Assembly: GCF_018977255.1 (NCBI RefSeq)
Contig: NW_024704742.1
Span: forward strand, 12,526,001-12,590,000
Source: Callorhinchus milii
Lineage: Eukaryota
DNA: 64,000 nt
Direction: 5' to 3'
The position numbers and the translations under genes were made by a program. The stretch's first letter is position 1. Each line of letters starts with the position of its first letter. Of this stretch, positions 1 to 13,139 are shown in pieces. The notes under the pieces were generated by a model. That model saw only the letters and a program-made list of their open reading frames with translations, was not told the origin of the DNA and ran no database searches.

Positions 1-245
1 AGATCTATAAGGGAGTTTGGGAAGAACCTCTTTATGCAAAGAGTGGTGAGTACGTGAAGCTCACTGCTAGAACTGTGCTTGAAACCAAAAGCATAAATGT
101 ATTTAAGAGAAATCCCGATGCTTACACGAGGAAGAAGGGAATAGAGTATATAAGTGATGGAGGTTCCTGTAGATTATAAACACCAGCATGGATAGTTGGG
201 TCGAGTGGTTTGTTTCCGTGCTGTAATGTTCCATGTAATTCTATA
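1..245 (+). mobile_element. Decayed CR1 LINE 3' end fragment
   Basis: Degenerate match to the CR1 ORF2 C-terminal 'F.QRVV..WNSL' segment and 3'UTR seen in younger copies (e.g. 59420-59665). Confidence 0.6.
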
Positions 246-603
246 TTTCCTCAGAAGAGGTGAGACTTCATTGGTAGTTTGTTGACACTAAATAACTTGT
301 TACTTATATACAGTAACTGATTCTAAAAATAACTGCACAGCCACAAATTAAATTTAGAAACAAAATGTGCCCTTGAAAAGTTTTATAGCATAACTGTTTA
401 TGTGGGGTTAATGTGGGGTTAAAATATCAATCTCCTCACTAGCAGTGTGCTCTCCAGTGCCAGTTCCCATTTCAAAGAGATTCATCTATCAGAGTTTCAA
501 GCCAGGCTTCAATCCTATACATTAGTGGAGCGGTCTGGTTTGAATACTGGGATGCAGAGCTGTTATGTCAGTCAGTGCAGCACTTTGCTCCACAGTGGAG
601 AAT

Positions 604-967
604 ATAATAATAATAATCCTTGCACTTAATACAGCGCATTATCACGTCTTTGAGACGTCACAAAGCGCTTCACAGAATATACTGTAAAGTGGATTGACTT
701 TATATTTTGTGGGCAAAACATGGCAGCCAATTGCGCACAGCAGTGTCGCACAAACAATCATGGATTGAGTGACCCCTTTTTTTTGAGGGAGGAATTATTA
801 CCCCACCGGAAAAGCAATCCACCAAACCATTAACAACTGGGTTCCTACTTACTGCTAGAGGCATGTGGACTAAGGAAACTTGCCCAGTGTTTTGCCCTGC
901 CAAGAATCAAACCCAGGTCTCTTGCTTGCGAGGCGAGTGCTCTAACCACTGAACTACGGGACTCCAC
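604..967 (-). mobile_element. tRNA-derived SINE (tRNA-Ala-like head, L2-type tail, (ATT)n end)
   Basis: Minus strand begins GTGGAGTCCCGTAGTTCAGTGGTTAGAGCACTCGCCTCGCAAGCAAGAGACCTGGGTT with A/B boxes; body matches the copies at 12816, 14749 and 35084. Confidence 0.85.
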
Positions 968-1465
968 AATAGGGGATATACCATTTGCTGCTCAGTGTAA
1001 CACTTTGACACTTGACCGCATTTGCAGTAGTTCTTAATTGGATTTTGTATTGAGAATTTGTCTCCTCTGATTGCTCAGTTGTCAATACCCGTAACTCCAC
1101 ATAAGGTCTGAAATTTCACCTTTCCTTAGCCTATATGACTATTTTGTTTTCAAATTTAAGTTAGGGCAGAATTGTGGAAAATTCTTAATTGAGTCTTAAT
1201 TTTTCCACAGTTCTTCAAAAGAAGTTGCTTCCAAATTAAGACTGATTTTAAAAAAGAGGCTGAAGGGAGGTAAAATGTACGATAATAATTATTCCATCAT
1301 CTGTTGCAGTTTTATCCCTGATGCCTTTGAAACTAAGTAGCTTTTAAATCGGCAGAGCTACAGCTGCATTACATTACCATTCGTTCTATATCTAGTTTTA
1401 CGCTGCCTCTGAGGTTTACTGGACATGGGATGTTTAATCATGGTTCTCCTGCTTTAGGGTGGGTA

Positions 1466-2315
1466 AGTGGGGTCTCCTTGGAATTGAACTGGCTCCAATG
1501 TGACATGTTTGGGAGACAGAATATCAGATTCGAGTCAGTCCCCCTTGGCGGTCTCGGTAATCTGGTTCCTGAGCCAGGGGGGGGTCTGCAACATTCCAGG
1601 TCACTGCTGATGACAGCACAGCCAGCCTTGCTCATCGGCAGGACCTGGAAGGGTAGACCAGTGACTGGGAGCAAGGAGTCATCCCACTCAGCTCCTGTTA
1701 ACCTGAAACCCAAAGTCCTAATGGTAAGATGGTCCTAGCTGGACAAGTAACGGGAAAGTTTGTCTGAGTAGCCAGTTTGTCTGAGATCTGTTTGTAGAGT
1801 GTTACCGTACTGAGACTGACACAGAGCACATTCTATACTGATATGCTGCCATTGTAGCTACCACTGATCTCAACCATGGGGAGATGTGAAAAGTTATGGA
1901 GAAGGTTACACTGTTAGGAAGTCATAAGCAGAGTACTGACTCTATAAGACATATCCATAGGAGTCAACCTCCAGTTACAGCCTGCCCTAAGTGAACCTCA
2001 CTGCTACTGGCATTCTTAATTCTATTTTAGGTCTTTTTTTTTAATCAGCCGGATGTCTGCCACATGCTTAAGAACATCCAAACCAATGAGATGAAATTTT
2101 CATGCATCTCACCTACACATGGAAATCCCAGAGATAGATGGTTGGACTAGAATGCACACTCTCTCCCTGGAGGGACACAGCATGCTTATCAAATTCCAGA
2201 AAGTATTAGGCACAAGTTGGCAAGAGCCAAAGTTTGGGGACTCCAGAGTGTGCGTTGGGGTACTGCTGGAGTCTATGTCACTTTGGAGCCAGTTCAGCTC
2301 CAAGGAGGCTCCACT
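1466..2315. mobile_element. Possible old non-autonomous DNA element with ~43-bp inverted ends
   Basis: 1464-1506 TAAGTGGGGTCTCCTTGGAATTGAACTGGCTCCAATGTGACAT is the near reverse complement of 2275-2317; TA lies at both outer ends. Confidence 0.4.
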
Positions 2316-2739
2316 TATTTTAGTCCATTGATGAATGCCATGAATATAATTGCCAGCATTTAAAATCACCATCCCATAATCTTGAGAAACTGACTCCTCA
2401 GTAATGGGAAAAAGTTACAAATAAGCCTTTTAAGTTAGAAGTTTGACAATCTGTGCATATATTGGGAGTTTTCCATTGCAAAGGCACATAGTCAAAGTCG
2501 TACACATTTGGACAGAAATTCCACCTGGGTCTAGATTTATTCTTTAATGTAGCATTTCAGTATCCAAAATTTGTCAAATTCGTAAATATACATTTAATTT
2601 TGAAGCTTATTTTCTGCAAATTTCTTTTAAGAACTGCAGATTACTAGCATCAAAATTAAAGATGAATTTAATTGATAATTGGCTCATTGTCCCGCTGCTG
2701 GTCAGACAAGAGTTACCCTTCTGAACTCATGTTGGCTGT

Positions 2740-3195
2740 CAATTGTTAGAATATTTTTAGAATTGTTAGAATAGGCAATCTTCCACTCTCTTTCCCATGA
2801 TTCATCTTTAGAGCTGAGAAGGCTAAAAGGTGAATGTACAGAGGTGCTTAAAATAATTAAAATAATCGACAAGCTAGATAGGGGATATGCCTCTACCTCT
2901 GGTAGAAAAATCCAGAACAAGGTGAACATAATGTTACATTTAGAGAGAAACAGATTGAAAGTGAAAGCAAAAAAATTTCTTCACAAAAGGATTCAATTTT
3001 GAAAATAGAATTCACCGCTCCTTAAGGCAATAGATGTCACTTGAGGTGTTTAGGGAGATAAATCAACACTTGGAAAGTAAGGAATATGGAAAGGAGATGA
3101 AAAAATGCGATTAAATTGATAAGGAACTGCCAAGATCCAATAAAATGTCAGAGACAGATCAATGACCCATTTCTTTTCCTAAATTTCTATGCAAT
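2740..3195 (+). mobile_element. Very old CR1 3' relic
   Basis: Degenerate 'RLKGE..EVLKIIK..DKLD', 'FFT.R' segments and CR1-like tail. Confidence 0.5.
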
Positions 3196-3464
3196 TATAC
3201 AAGATGGTGGGAGGATCACTGGATAAGGAGGAGGAAACATTAAAACATGTAAAGAGATGCATTATTGCTTTGTAATCCTTTTAATTATATAACTTTATTT
3301 GGTTTATCTGGCTGAAGGCTTGTATCATATTGAGGACTCCAAGATGTTATCTTACATGAAAAAGCTCCATAAATGCAAATTGTTGTTGTTGTTGAGAGTA
3401 AGTTCTCTGGAAGGGAAGATATTTTAAAGTTTTATATTTTTTGCCTCTCGTTTTTCAATACCAG

Positions 3465-3570
3465 GGAGCACTTTCTCTCATACTTTGCTGAAGCTTCTGG
3501 TACCTCGATTGAGAAGCCAGATGAGAGCAATGAGCTGAACAGTGGGGAAATTGAGACAGTGTCTGTTTGA
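3465..3570 (+). CDS. Candidate terminal coding exon of an unidentified upstream gene
   Basis: Pyrimidine tract plus CAG acceptor (ttttttgcctctcgtttttcaataccag|G), non-repetitive open frame EHFLSYFAEASGTSIEKPDESNELNSGEIETVSV-TGA. No homology recognised. Confidence 0.25.
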
Positions 3571-4304
3571 TAACACTCAGGAACTATTCATTATGTTCTA
3601 AATCCATTATATGTTCAGTCACCCAATTCCACCTTGTCTTTTCCCACCCAGGATGCTCAGCAATATAGAGCAGATTCCTCACTCCCTCTCTCTCTCTCTG
3701 CCTGTTTACCACAAATCCACTGCTTTATCCAGCATATCACAATTAGGGCCGAAGGAAGCCTCTCTGATGTATTTTCAAGAACTCAGAACCATTAAAGAGA
3801 ATTGTTTAGACACAGTCTTATATGTCACAAGCTCAACCTCCATTGGGGCCTTGCTGTTCTTGAAGAGATCTCAGAATACCCTACACTGTCCTGACCATCT
3901 CAGTGGGGTCCTGCAGGATAGGGTCCAAGTAGACAATAGTATCCACAAACCCCCAGGTACCCATAACAACCAAGAATTGGGACTGATGCCCCTTGTGTCT
4001 TCGAATCAATATCCCTGAGGTCTTCTCTTAAGCCATGTGTGCAGTGACAGGATCTCCAAGTGAGTCCCTCTGAATCCAAAATTGAAATGAATCCAAATTC
4101 CAGATCAATCTCTGGAGCTCTCTTTAAAATTAAATAATTTCAGTCAAATCTTCACAGTGAGAAATTGCTGTTAATTTTAATTATCTCTCATGTAAGGTAG
4201 CTCTTCATACATGCTTCACACACGTAGTTGTGCGGTTTGGTTTTAATAGCAAGCAGTATGTTGCACCACATGGGTTTGACATGGGCTAGGGCAGCACTTG
4301 ACAA

Positions 4305-4800
4305 CCCATGTCCTCTACTGCACCAAACTCCGTTACCCCATCTCCCCCATTCTTGCCTGACTCCATTGGCTCCCTATCCTTCAGAGGATCCAGTTCAAGA
4401 TCCTGGTCCTCACCTACAAAGCCCTCCATGGCCTCGCCCCACCCAACCTCTGCGACCTCCTAACCCCCTACCAACCCGCCCGCTCCCTCCGTTCAGCCAG
4501 CTCCGGCCTGCTCCACGTCCCCCGACCCACCCATCCCATCATTGGCGGGATAGCCTTCAGCCACTCTGCCCCCAACCTCTGAAACTCGATCCCCCAATCA
4601 CTCCACCTCACCCCCTCCTTAGCCTCCTTCAAATCCTGCCTCAAAACTCTCTTCTTCGACCATACCATCCCTTCCCCTCCACTCCCTTCTCCCTCCCTGA
4701 CCCTAACTCGGGTCTGAAATGCTGTACACTGTCCAGTGCCTTGGGACGTCCTCCCGATGTGAAAGGCACTATACAAATGTAATCTTGTCGTGTTGTTATT
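4305..4800 (+). mobile_element. L2 LINE 3' fragment
   Basis: Frameshifted L2 ORF2 C-terminus (LHWLP...RIQFKILVLTYKALHGLAP) and tail GGGACGTCCTCCCGATGTGAAAGGCACTATACAAATG. Confidence 0.85.
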
Positions 4801-4894
4801 GAATCATTCTTCCCCATGGCACTCCTGCTTTCATGTCCATTATTGAGAATTCCTTAAAGCAAATGCAAACTAGTGCAAAAAATTATATTGCAGC

Positions 4895-5360
4895 TATTGA
4901 GAGGAAAACCAGAATAATTGAGTGGATGGAGGAATTGAACTATGAAGAGGGTTAAGTTGAACTGGGCATTTTCAAGCTGGACAAGAAAATGTTGAGGTCT
5001 TCAAGGAACTAAATAATAATTATAATAGTTCTTGCATTTGATGATGACCATGTTTTATCTTGAACTGAACAGTAGAACCAGAGGACACAGCCTAAGATTG
5101 AAGGGCGATAAATTCTGGACAAATAAGTGGAAAAATGACTTCAGTGAGCGAGTAGTAAATGTATGGGAACAGGCTCCCGAGGGAGATGGTGGAAGCAGAA
5201 AGTGTTGATTCTTTCAAGAATAGAATAGATAGATTTCTGTTAGGAAATAATATCTCAGGATATAGTTTATAGTTTAGGACATGGCATGTGTAAGCGTCTA
5301 CCAGGATAGTGGAAGATGAACTGGATGAACTTTGGTCTTCTTTTGTTCTTCTGTTCTTAT
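4895..5360 (+). mobile_element. CR1 3' fragment (older subfamily)
   Basis: 'RTRGHSLRLKG.KF', 'F.ERVVNVWNRLP.EMVEA' type motifs. Confidence 0.7.
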
Positions 5361-8052
5361 ATATTTAGAGGCTTAACATCATTGGATGCAGTGAGCTGTA
5401 CTTGAAAGGAAAAGCTCACAATGTTCCATTTCCTGCAAAATCAGCATCGTTTTAAGGTGAGGGTGAAAATTGTGGTACTCTAGAACATATTCTGTTCCAT
5501 AAATAAGGAGCAGTGTTAAAGTAATACGAAGATAGGAGGTTGAATATTCTGGGAAGATGAGATTGATAGAGATTAAATTGCACTTAACTACAACAATGGG
5601 ACTACGGTTTCCCCCAAACCCTTTTTCACTCAGTCAGAATGTCAAATTAAACTTTCTTGGACTTTGGGCTTTTATTTGTAAAATACTAAAAAGTAAGAAA
5701 TACAGAAATGTGTTATTGCAAGTGAACATTTTTTTTGTCAGCCAGGTGTTGGACACATGCGGAAACCCATCACCACATTTAAGACTGTCCAAACCAAACA
5801 GAGATTTCTATACATCCCATATACACATGGAAATCCCAGAGATAGATTGTTGGAATGGAATGTGTGATCTCTGCCTGCGGTAACACATCCTGCTTACCTA
5901 CCCAGAAAGTATTAAGCACAGGTTGGCAAGAGCCAAGGCTTAGGGATCCCAGAGTGTGTGTTGCAAGTGATCTCTTTCATTATACTAATTGCAAGAAATG
6001 GAAATTGTACTGGTGCATAATACTGACCACAGGAATAGAATTTCCCATTATAGATATATAAAGCAGATAGCCCTATTTTTAGCAATCAGCGTAATGTAGA
6101 TCCCAATTTTTTGACCTGTACTGACTGTGAGGAAGTACTGTACTGTCATGTTCCCTTTCTATTCATGGCTCTCTGCACTGGTGCCTGACCCTGACCTGAC
6201 AGAGGGCTGTTTTACACTGTTACTAGTTCTGAATGCATAATCCATCCAGTTTGTAATAGTTAATGAAAGACATAGTTGTACTATTTGCAGCATGAAAATG
6301 TGACTATACATTCCCATGTGGAGATTTCTGAAATTCAGTCATGCCATCACCTGTGTGTGTGTGTGTGTATGCAAGGAGGTGAGTGGGTGGAGGACCATTC
6401 AAGCAATGCTGGAACTATTTCTTATGGAGAGAGGATGGAAAACAAGAGTAAGTCAAGAATGGCAAGGCACCAACAAAAAGGAAAGGGAGAAATTAATAAC
6501 ACATTTAAAAGCACATCTTGAGCAGAGAGCCCAGCAGCGTGAGAAGGGAAATGAGTGAGGTGCAACAGAGTGCGAGTTCTGTTAAGAAATTTGGTGAGAG
6601 TGGGAATTCATTCAGCAGAAGAATGGGAAATCTGTTTTGAGGTAGAATCAACCTTGTATGCAAGCAGGCAAACAAGTCAATTAGCAGTTAATCATAGGTC
6701 ATAGGTCAAGTGTTGGGGATAAACAAATCTGCTGACCAGTCGAAACTGGAGTTTTTGCTTGAGTCCTATATAAAGAAGACTTGTGAGAACCTCACTTGAG
6801 CAGAGAGCCCAGCAGTGTGAGAAGGGAATTGAGTGAGGTGGAACAGAATGAGAATTCTGTCAAGGAATTTGGTGAGAGTGGGAATTCAGTGCAGAGGGGG
6901 AAAGTGGTGCATAATTATAAAATGTATCATATTTATATTAAAACAATATAAAAACATGTTTGGGAATATGGCAGAGCAGCTAAGACCAGTTGCATGCACA
7001 ATGTGTGCCACGTGGGAATCCAGGATGCTTTGTGTGCCCTGGACAAGCACGTGTGTGCAGGAAGTGCCTCCAGCTGTTCAGCTTGAGTTCAGGTTTCTGA
7101 GCTTGAGGAGAGGCTGTTGTCACTACATAGCATACGGGAGGCTAAAGATCTCATGGATTGAATGTTTCAGGAGGTGGTCACTCCACAGCCACAGAGGGTT
7201 CAGAAGGAGAGTGACTGGGTAACCCCCCGGCATGGTAGGAAGAGGGGATGGGCAATGCAAAAATCCCTTGAGTGGGTAGCACTCACAAACCAGTTTTCTG
7301 TACTGAATACCAGTGAAGGTGATGATGCCTCTGGGAAGAAGAGTCAAAAACCAATGGATGCACAGGGAAGAGTGTCAATGCAATTGTCATTGGGGACACA
7401 ATGGTGAAAGAAGTAGACAGGCATTTCTGCAACCAAAGACATGATTCTTGCATGGTATATTGCCTCCCTGGTGCCAGGGTTGAAGACATCATGGAACGGG
7501 TGCAAAACATTGTACAGAGGAAAGGGGTACATTCAGAAGTCATGGTCCATGTTGGGATCCATGATGTAGGGAAAAAAAGGGCTGAGATCCTATAAGGAGA
7601 GTATCAGAAGCTAGGAAAAAAGCTAAAGAGCAGGACTTCAAAGGTGGCGATCTCGGGATTACTCCCATTGCCTTGTGCAAGTGAGGATCATTAGGACCAG
7701 TTCTGAGGCACATGGGACCTGTATAAGGTGGATGGGTTACCCCTGAACAGGGCTGGGACCAATGTCCTCGGAAGGAGATTACTAGTGCTGTGGGGAAGGG
7801 TTTAAACTTTTTAAGGGGCGAAGGGAATCAGGACCTCAAAGGTGGTGATCTCTGGATTACTACCAGTGCCTTGTGCAAGTGAGTATCAAAACAGCAAAAC
7901 AGAGGAAAAAGAAATTACATAGAGGGCTGGGAGAGACAAGTTTCAATGTAATAAGGAGTAATCTAGAAAAAGGAAGGATTAGATGGGGAAGAAATACAGA
8001 ACTGACTAAGTCGGTCTTGGAGTCCATGTGTGTAAATGCACAAAGTGTGACA

Positions 8053-8880
8053 GCAACAAGATTACATTTGTAAAGCGCCTTTCACGTCGGGAGGACATCC
8101 CAAGGCGCTGGACAGTGTACAGCATTTCATACACGAGCTGGGGTCAGGGAGGGGAAGGGAAGGGCGGTGACTGATGGCATGGTCGAAGAGGAGGGTTTTA
8201 AGGTGGACTTGAAGGAGGCTATAAAGGGGGCGAGGTGGAATGATTGGGGGATGGAATTCCAGAGGTTGGGGGCAGAGTGGCTGAAGGCTCTCCCGCCAAT
8301 GGTGGGGCGTGTGGTTCGGGGAACATGGAGCAGACTGGAGCCGGCTAAGCAGAGGGAGCGGACGGGTTGGTAGGGGCTTAAGAGGTCGCAGAGATATGGT
8401 GGGGCGAGGCCATGGAGGGCTTTGTAGGTGAGGACCAGGATCTTGAACTGGATCCCCGGAAGGATAGGGAGCCAATGGAGTCAGGCGAGAATGGGGGAGA
8501 TGGGGTCGCGGAGTTTGGTGCACGAGAGGACATGGGCTGCAGATTTCTGGATTATCTGCAGCCTGTGGAGGGAGGAGTTGGGAAGGCTGACAAGCAGGGA
8601 GTTTGCATAGTTGAGCCTGGATGTGATGAAGGCATGAACAAGAGTTTCAGCGGCCTGAGGGGTGAGGTAGTAGCGGAGTCGGGTGATGTTATGGAGGTGA
8701 GGGAAGGCAGAGCGGGTCATGGCTTGTATGTGGGAAAGAAAAGAGAGTTGAGGGTCGAACAAGACACCTAGGTTCCTGACTGGCTTGGTGAGTTGTAGTG
8801 AGCAATCATGGAGGTTGATGCTGCCAGAGCCTGAGGTGCAGAGGCGCTGGCGCGAGCCAATCAGGAGGGCCTCAGTTATA
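8053..8880 (-). mobile_element. L2 LINE 3' fragment inserted in the CR1 endonuclease region
   Basis: AAETLVHAFITSRLNYANSLL...LHRLQIIQKSAA peptide; L2 tail at 8053-8110; TGACA at 8048-8052 and 8881-8885 is a candidate TSD. Confidence 0.9.
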
Positions 8881-8947
8881 TGACAAATAAGATTGGTGAG
8901 CCACACGGGGGGATATGATGTAGTGGCAATAATGGAGACCTGGCTCA

Positions 8948-10025
8948 AACAACAACAAAATTACATTTATAGTGCGCCTTTCACGTCGGGAGGACATTCC
9001 AAAGCGCTGGACAATCAGGGGTCAGGACCCGAGCATGAGGGAGGGGTGGGGGAGGGATGAGGGAAGGCAGAGAGGTGGGAGGGTGACTGAAGGCATGATC
9101 GAAGAGGAGGGTCTTGAGACCGGCCTTGAAGGAGGCAAGGGAGGAAGCGAGACGAAAGGACTGTGGGATGAAGTTCCAGAGTGTGGTGGCAGAGAGACTG
9201 GAAAACCGGCCACCGATGGTAGGGTGGGTTGGGTGGGAGTCATGGAGCAGGCCAGAGCCCACTGAACGGAGGGAGTGGGCAGGTTGGTAGGGAGCCATCA
9301 GGTCAGAGAGGTAGGAGGGGGCAAGGCCATGTATGGCCTTGAAAGTGAGGATGAGGACTTGGATTCAATCCTCTGGGGGATGGGGAGCTAATGGAGTCGG
9401 GCGAGGGTGGGAGTGATGGGGGCGTGGAGTCTGGTGCGTAAGAGTACACGAGCTGCAGAGTTTTGGATGATCTGCAGCTTGTGAAGGGAAAAGGTGGGAA
9501 GGCCGATGAGGAGGGAGTTTCCATAATTCAGTCTTGATGTGACGAATGTGTGGGTGAGGGTTTTGGCAGACTGAGGGGTGAGGCAGTGGCGGAGTCTTGC
9601 AAAGTTGCGAAGGTGGTGGTAGGCCAGTCATGGCGCAGATGTGGGGGAGAAAGGACAGTCAAACAAGACACCTAGGTTCCTGACTGGCTTAGCGAGGTTG
9701 AGTGTGTAGCCATGGAGGCTGATGCTGCCAGTCCCCGAGGTGCAGAGGCCCTGGCTTGAGCCAACCAGGGGGCCTTGCCCCCTCCTACCTCTCCAACCTG
9801 CTGACTCACTACCAACCTGCCCACTCCCTCCGTTCAGCGAACTCCAGCCTCGGTCTTGCTGACGTTCAGTTGGAGAAAGTTGTCCCTTGTCCAGGATTTG
9901 ATGTGGGACAGGCAGTCGGTGAGGACGCTAGTAGTCCTGAGTTGAGGGTGGAGGCAGAGAGATAAAGTTGGGTGTCATCCGCATGCATGTAGAAAACCCC
10001 ATGTCCGCAGATGATGTCCAAGGGC
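8948..10025 (-). mobile_element. L2 LINE fragment(s) inserted in CR1, with a short inverted L2 piece at ~9769-9850
   Basis: L2 tail at 8948-9012, ORF2 C-terminal motifs and (H)ADDTQL near 9965-9990. Confidence 0.85.
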
Positions 10026-12815
10026 AGGAATGGGAGCTGAATATTCCTGGCTAAAATGTATTCAAGGGGGATAGGGAAGGAAAAAAAAGAAGGGGGGTGG
10101 CAATATTGATTAAAGACACGGTTACGGCCCTGGAAAGGGACGATGTGCTCGAGGGCCCAAAACCAGAATCTATTTGGTTAGGGTTAAGGAGCAGCAAAGG
10201 AGCTGTTACTCTGTTAGATGTACACTATAGACCACCAAATAGTGGGAAGGAGATAGATGAGAAAATCAGCAAGCAGATTTCAGAAAGATACAAAACCAAT
10301 GGAGTAATGATAATTGAGAACTTCAATTATCCTAGTATAGACTGGCAAATAGCAGTGGAAAGGGTAAGGAGGGAGAAGGATTCCTCAAATGTATGCAGAA
10401 TAACTTTCTGGATCAGTATGTTTCCAACCCAATGAGGAAGGAAGCAGTGCTGGATCTAGTTCTGGGGAATAAAGTAGGTCAAGTGGAGCAGGTTTCAGTA
10501 GGAGAGCATCTGGATAACGGTGATCATCATTAGGTTTAGAGTGTTAATGGAAAGGGACCTGGAACAATCAAAGGTGAAGATACTCAACTGGAAGATGGCT
10601 AATTTCAGTGAGTTAAAAAGGGATCTAGCCAAGGTGGACTGGAAAGAAAGATTGGCAAGTAAAACAGCTAATGAACAATGCCTTCAAAGAGGAGATAGTT
10701 TGGATAGTTCGGGGACAGAATAAATACATTCCCACAAAGGGGAAAGGTAGGGCATCCAAACCTCCCTGGTTAAATAAGGAAATTGGGATTAAAATAAAAC
10801 AGAAAAAGGAGGCTTATGATGAATGTCAGGTCCAAAATACAGAAGATAATCAAATAGAATATAGAAAGTACAGAGGAGAACTGAAAAAGGAAATAAGAGG
10901 GGCAACGAGATTGTTTGAGAAAAGATTAGTGGGTAACAAAATGGAATCCTTACGTATTTTATAAGCATATAAAGAATAAAAGGTTAGTCAAAGGTAGGAT
11001 GGGACCAATTAAGAACCAAAGAGGAAATCTTCTTGTGGAGGCAGAGGGCATGGCTGACGTACTGAATGAGTACTTTGCATCTGTCTTCACAAAAAGAGAG
11101 GATGCAGCCAATGCCACAGTATTGGAGGAGCAGGTAGAGAAATTGGATGATAAAAATAAACCGAGAAGAGGTTCTAAAAAGATTGTCGGTGCTCAAGGTA
11201 GCTATGTCACCTGGCTCGGACGGGATGCATCCTAGGTTACTGAGGGAAGTAAGGGTGGAAATAGAGGATCTGGCCACAATCTTTCAATCCTCCTTGGACA
11301 CCGAGGTGGTGCCAGAGAACTGAAGGGTTGCAAAGGTTACTGCGCTGTACAAAAAGCGGTAGAAAGATAAACCTCTAAACTACAGGTCAGTCAACCTAAC
11401 GTCAGTAGTGAGAAAACTTCAAGAGACTACAATCTGGGACAAAATAAATTTTCACTTAGAAAAATATGGGTCAATAAAGAACAGCCAACATGGATTTGTT
11501 AAAGGCAAATCATGTCTAACAAACCTGTTAGAGTTTTTTTTAATGAAGTAACGGAAAGGGTGGATGAAGGTAGTGCAGTTGATGCAGTTTATACGGATTT
11601 TCAAAAGGTGTTTGATAAAGTGCCACATAAGAGACTTGTAAGCAAAATAGAAGCCCACAGTATTAAATAGATAGTGGTAGCATGGATACAGAACTGGCTG
11701 GGAGACAGAAAGCAAAGAGTAGTGGTGGTGAACAGTTGTTTTTCTGACTGGAGGGAAGTGTGCAGTGGTGTCCCCAAGGAGTCAGTATTGGGATCACTGC
11801 TGTTTTTGAGCTATATAAATGACCTGGACTTGGGTATAGGGAGTACAATTTCCAAGATTGCAGATGATACTAAGCGAGGGAAAGCAGTAAACAGTGCGGA
11901 GGATAGTAGCAGACTGAAAACGGACACAGACAGACTGGTAAAATGGGCAGACATGTGGCAGATGAAGTTTAATGTGGAAAAATGTGAAGTGATGCATTTT
12001 GGGAGGAAGAATGAGGAGAGGCAACATAAGCTGATGGTACAATCTTAAAGGCAGTGAAGGAACAGAGAGACCTGGGGGTCATATAAGTAAATCTTTGAAG
12101 GTGGCAGGACAGGTAGAACAGGTTCTCTCTAAAAGTAGATAGATATTTGGGGAGGACAAGTTTGCAGGGCGATGGGGAGAGCGTGGGGGAATGGGATTGA
12201 ATTGGATAGCACTCTTCAAAGAGCTGGCACAGACCGATGGGCCAAACGGCCTCCTTCTGTGCTGTCTAATTCTATGATTCTATGAAAAGTATGAAGCAAA
12301 TAAGAATTTTTAATAATTAATTTGGACAGTGAAAGAAGTGCCTAAACCAATAATAATAATTCTTGCATTTGATACAGTGCCTTATCAAGTCTTTGAGACG
12401 TCTCCAAGCGCTTCACAGAATATACTGCAAAGTGAATTGACTGTATATTTTGTGGGAGAAACACAGCAGCGAATTGCATATAGCAGTATCCCACGAAAGC
12501 TATTCTGTAAATGGAATTTAAGATGTGTAGTAAAAGGCCTGTGAGGGATATTGCAAAGATATTGTTAATGATGGAACAACTGTAAAATTTAGTGACGATA
12601 CTTGGAAATTGGTTCTACACTTGTCCAGTTCAGACTCCAATGTTGTATCATGAATGTAGCAGAGAGACAGCAGGTTTGGTTTCAATTAGAGAGCATGCAT
12701 TCAACTGCAGTAAAAGGCTTGCCAAGTCCTGTCATCAACCCTGGGTTAAATCACAGGAGTTGATAGGAGTTGTCATTCACAAGCGTGCGCTTCTTATAAT
12801 AGTGTTTCTTATAAT

Positions 12816-13115
12816 AGTCCTGTAGCTCAGCGGTTAGAGCACTCGCTTTGCAAGTGAGAGACCTGAGTTCAATTCCGGGCAGGGCGAAACCTTGGGCAAG
12901 TTTCCTTGCTCCACACGCCTAATAATAATCCCTCCAAAAAAACAAAACAATAATAAATTGGTCATTTTCAATCCACGACTGTTTGTGGGACTGCTGTGCG
13001 CAATTGGCTGCTGCATTCGCCCACAAATATGCAGTCAATTCACTTTACAGTGTGTTCTGTGAAGTGCTTTGGGATGTCCTCCCGACATGAAAAGCACTAT
13101 ATCAAAATGCAAGGA
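12816..13115 (+). mobile_element. tRNA-Ala-derived SINE, full length
   Basis: AGTCCTGTAGCTCAGCGGTTAGAGCACTCGCTTTGCAAGTGAGAGACCTGAGTTCAATTCC head; CCTTGGGCAAG body; L2-like tail. Confidence 0.9.
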
Positions 13116-13139
13116 AAAAAAATTGTTTTAATTTTGTCA

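Larger units (their letters stand above)
6460..12285 (+). mobile_element. Near-full-length decayed CR1 LINE (5'UTR, ORF1 zinc finger + SGNH esterase, ORF2 APE endonuclease + RT) interrupted by L2 insertions
   Basis: ORF1 MAEQLRPVACTMCATWE (6968), CLPGARVEDI and VMVHVGIHDVG; ORF2 MCVNAQSV, YDVVAIMETWL, YRPPNS, NFNYPSIDW, LNEYFASVFT, QHGFVKGKSCLTNL, SGVPKESVLGSLLF, ADDTK; (TTCTATGA)n tail at ~12270. Many stops and frameshifts. Confidence 0.9.

Noticed and set aside
6515..6888. Direct repeat 6515-6610 / 6794-6888 as an LTR pair
   Set aside because: It lies in the CR1 5'UTR ahead of ORF1, where tandem duplications are common; no TG..CA ends or TSD.
12816..12890. Functional tRNA-Ala(TGC) gene (also the heads of other copies)
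   Set aside because: D arm and anticodon arm fold, but T stem and acceptor are mismatched, there is no poly-T terminator, and every copy continues into the SINE body.
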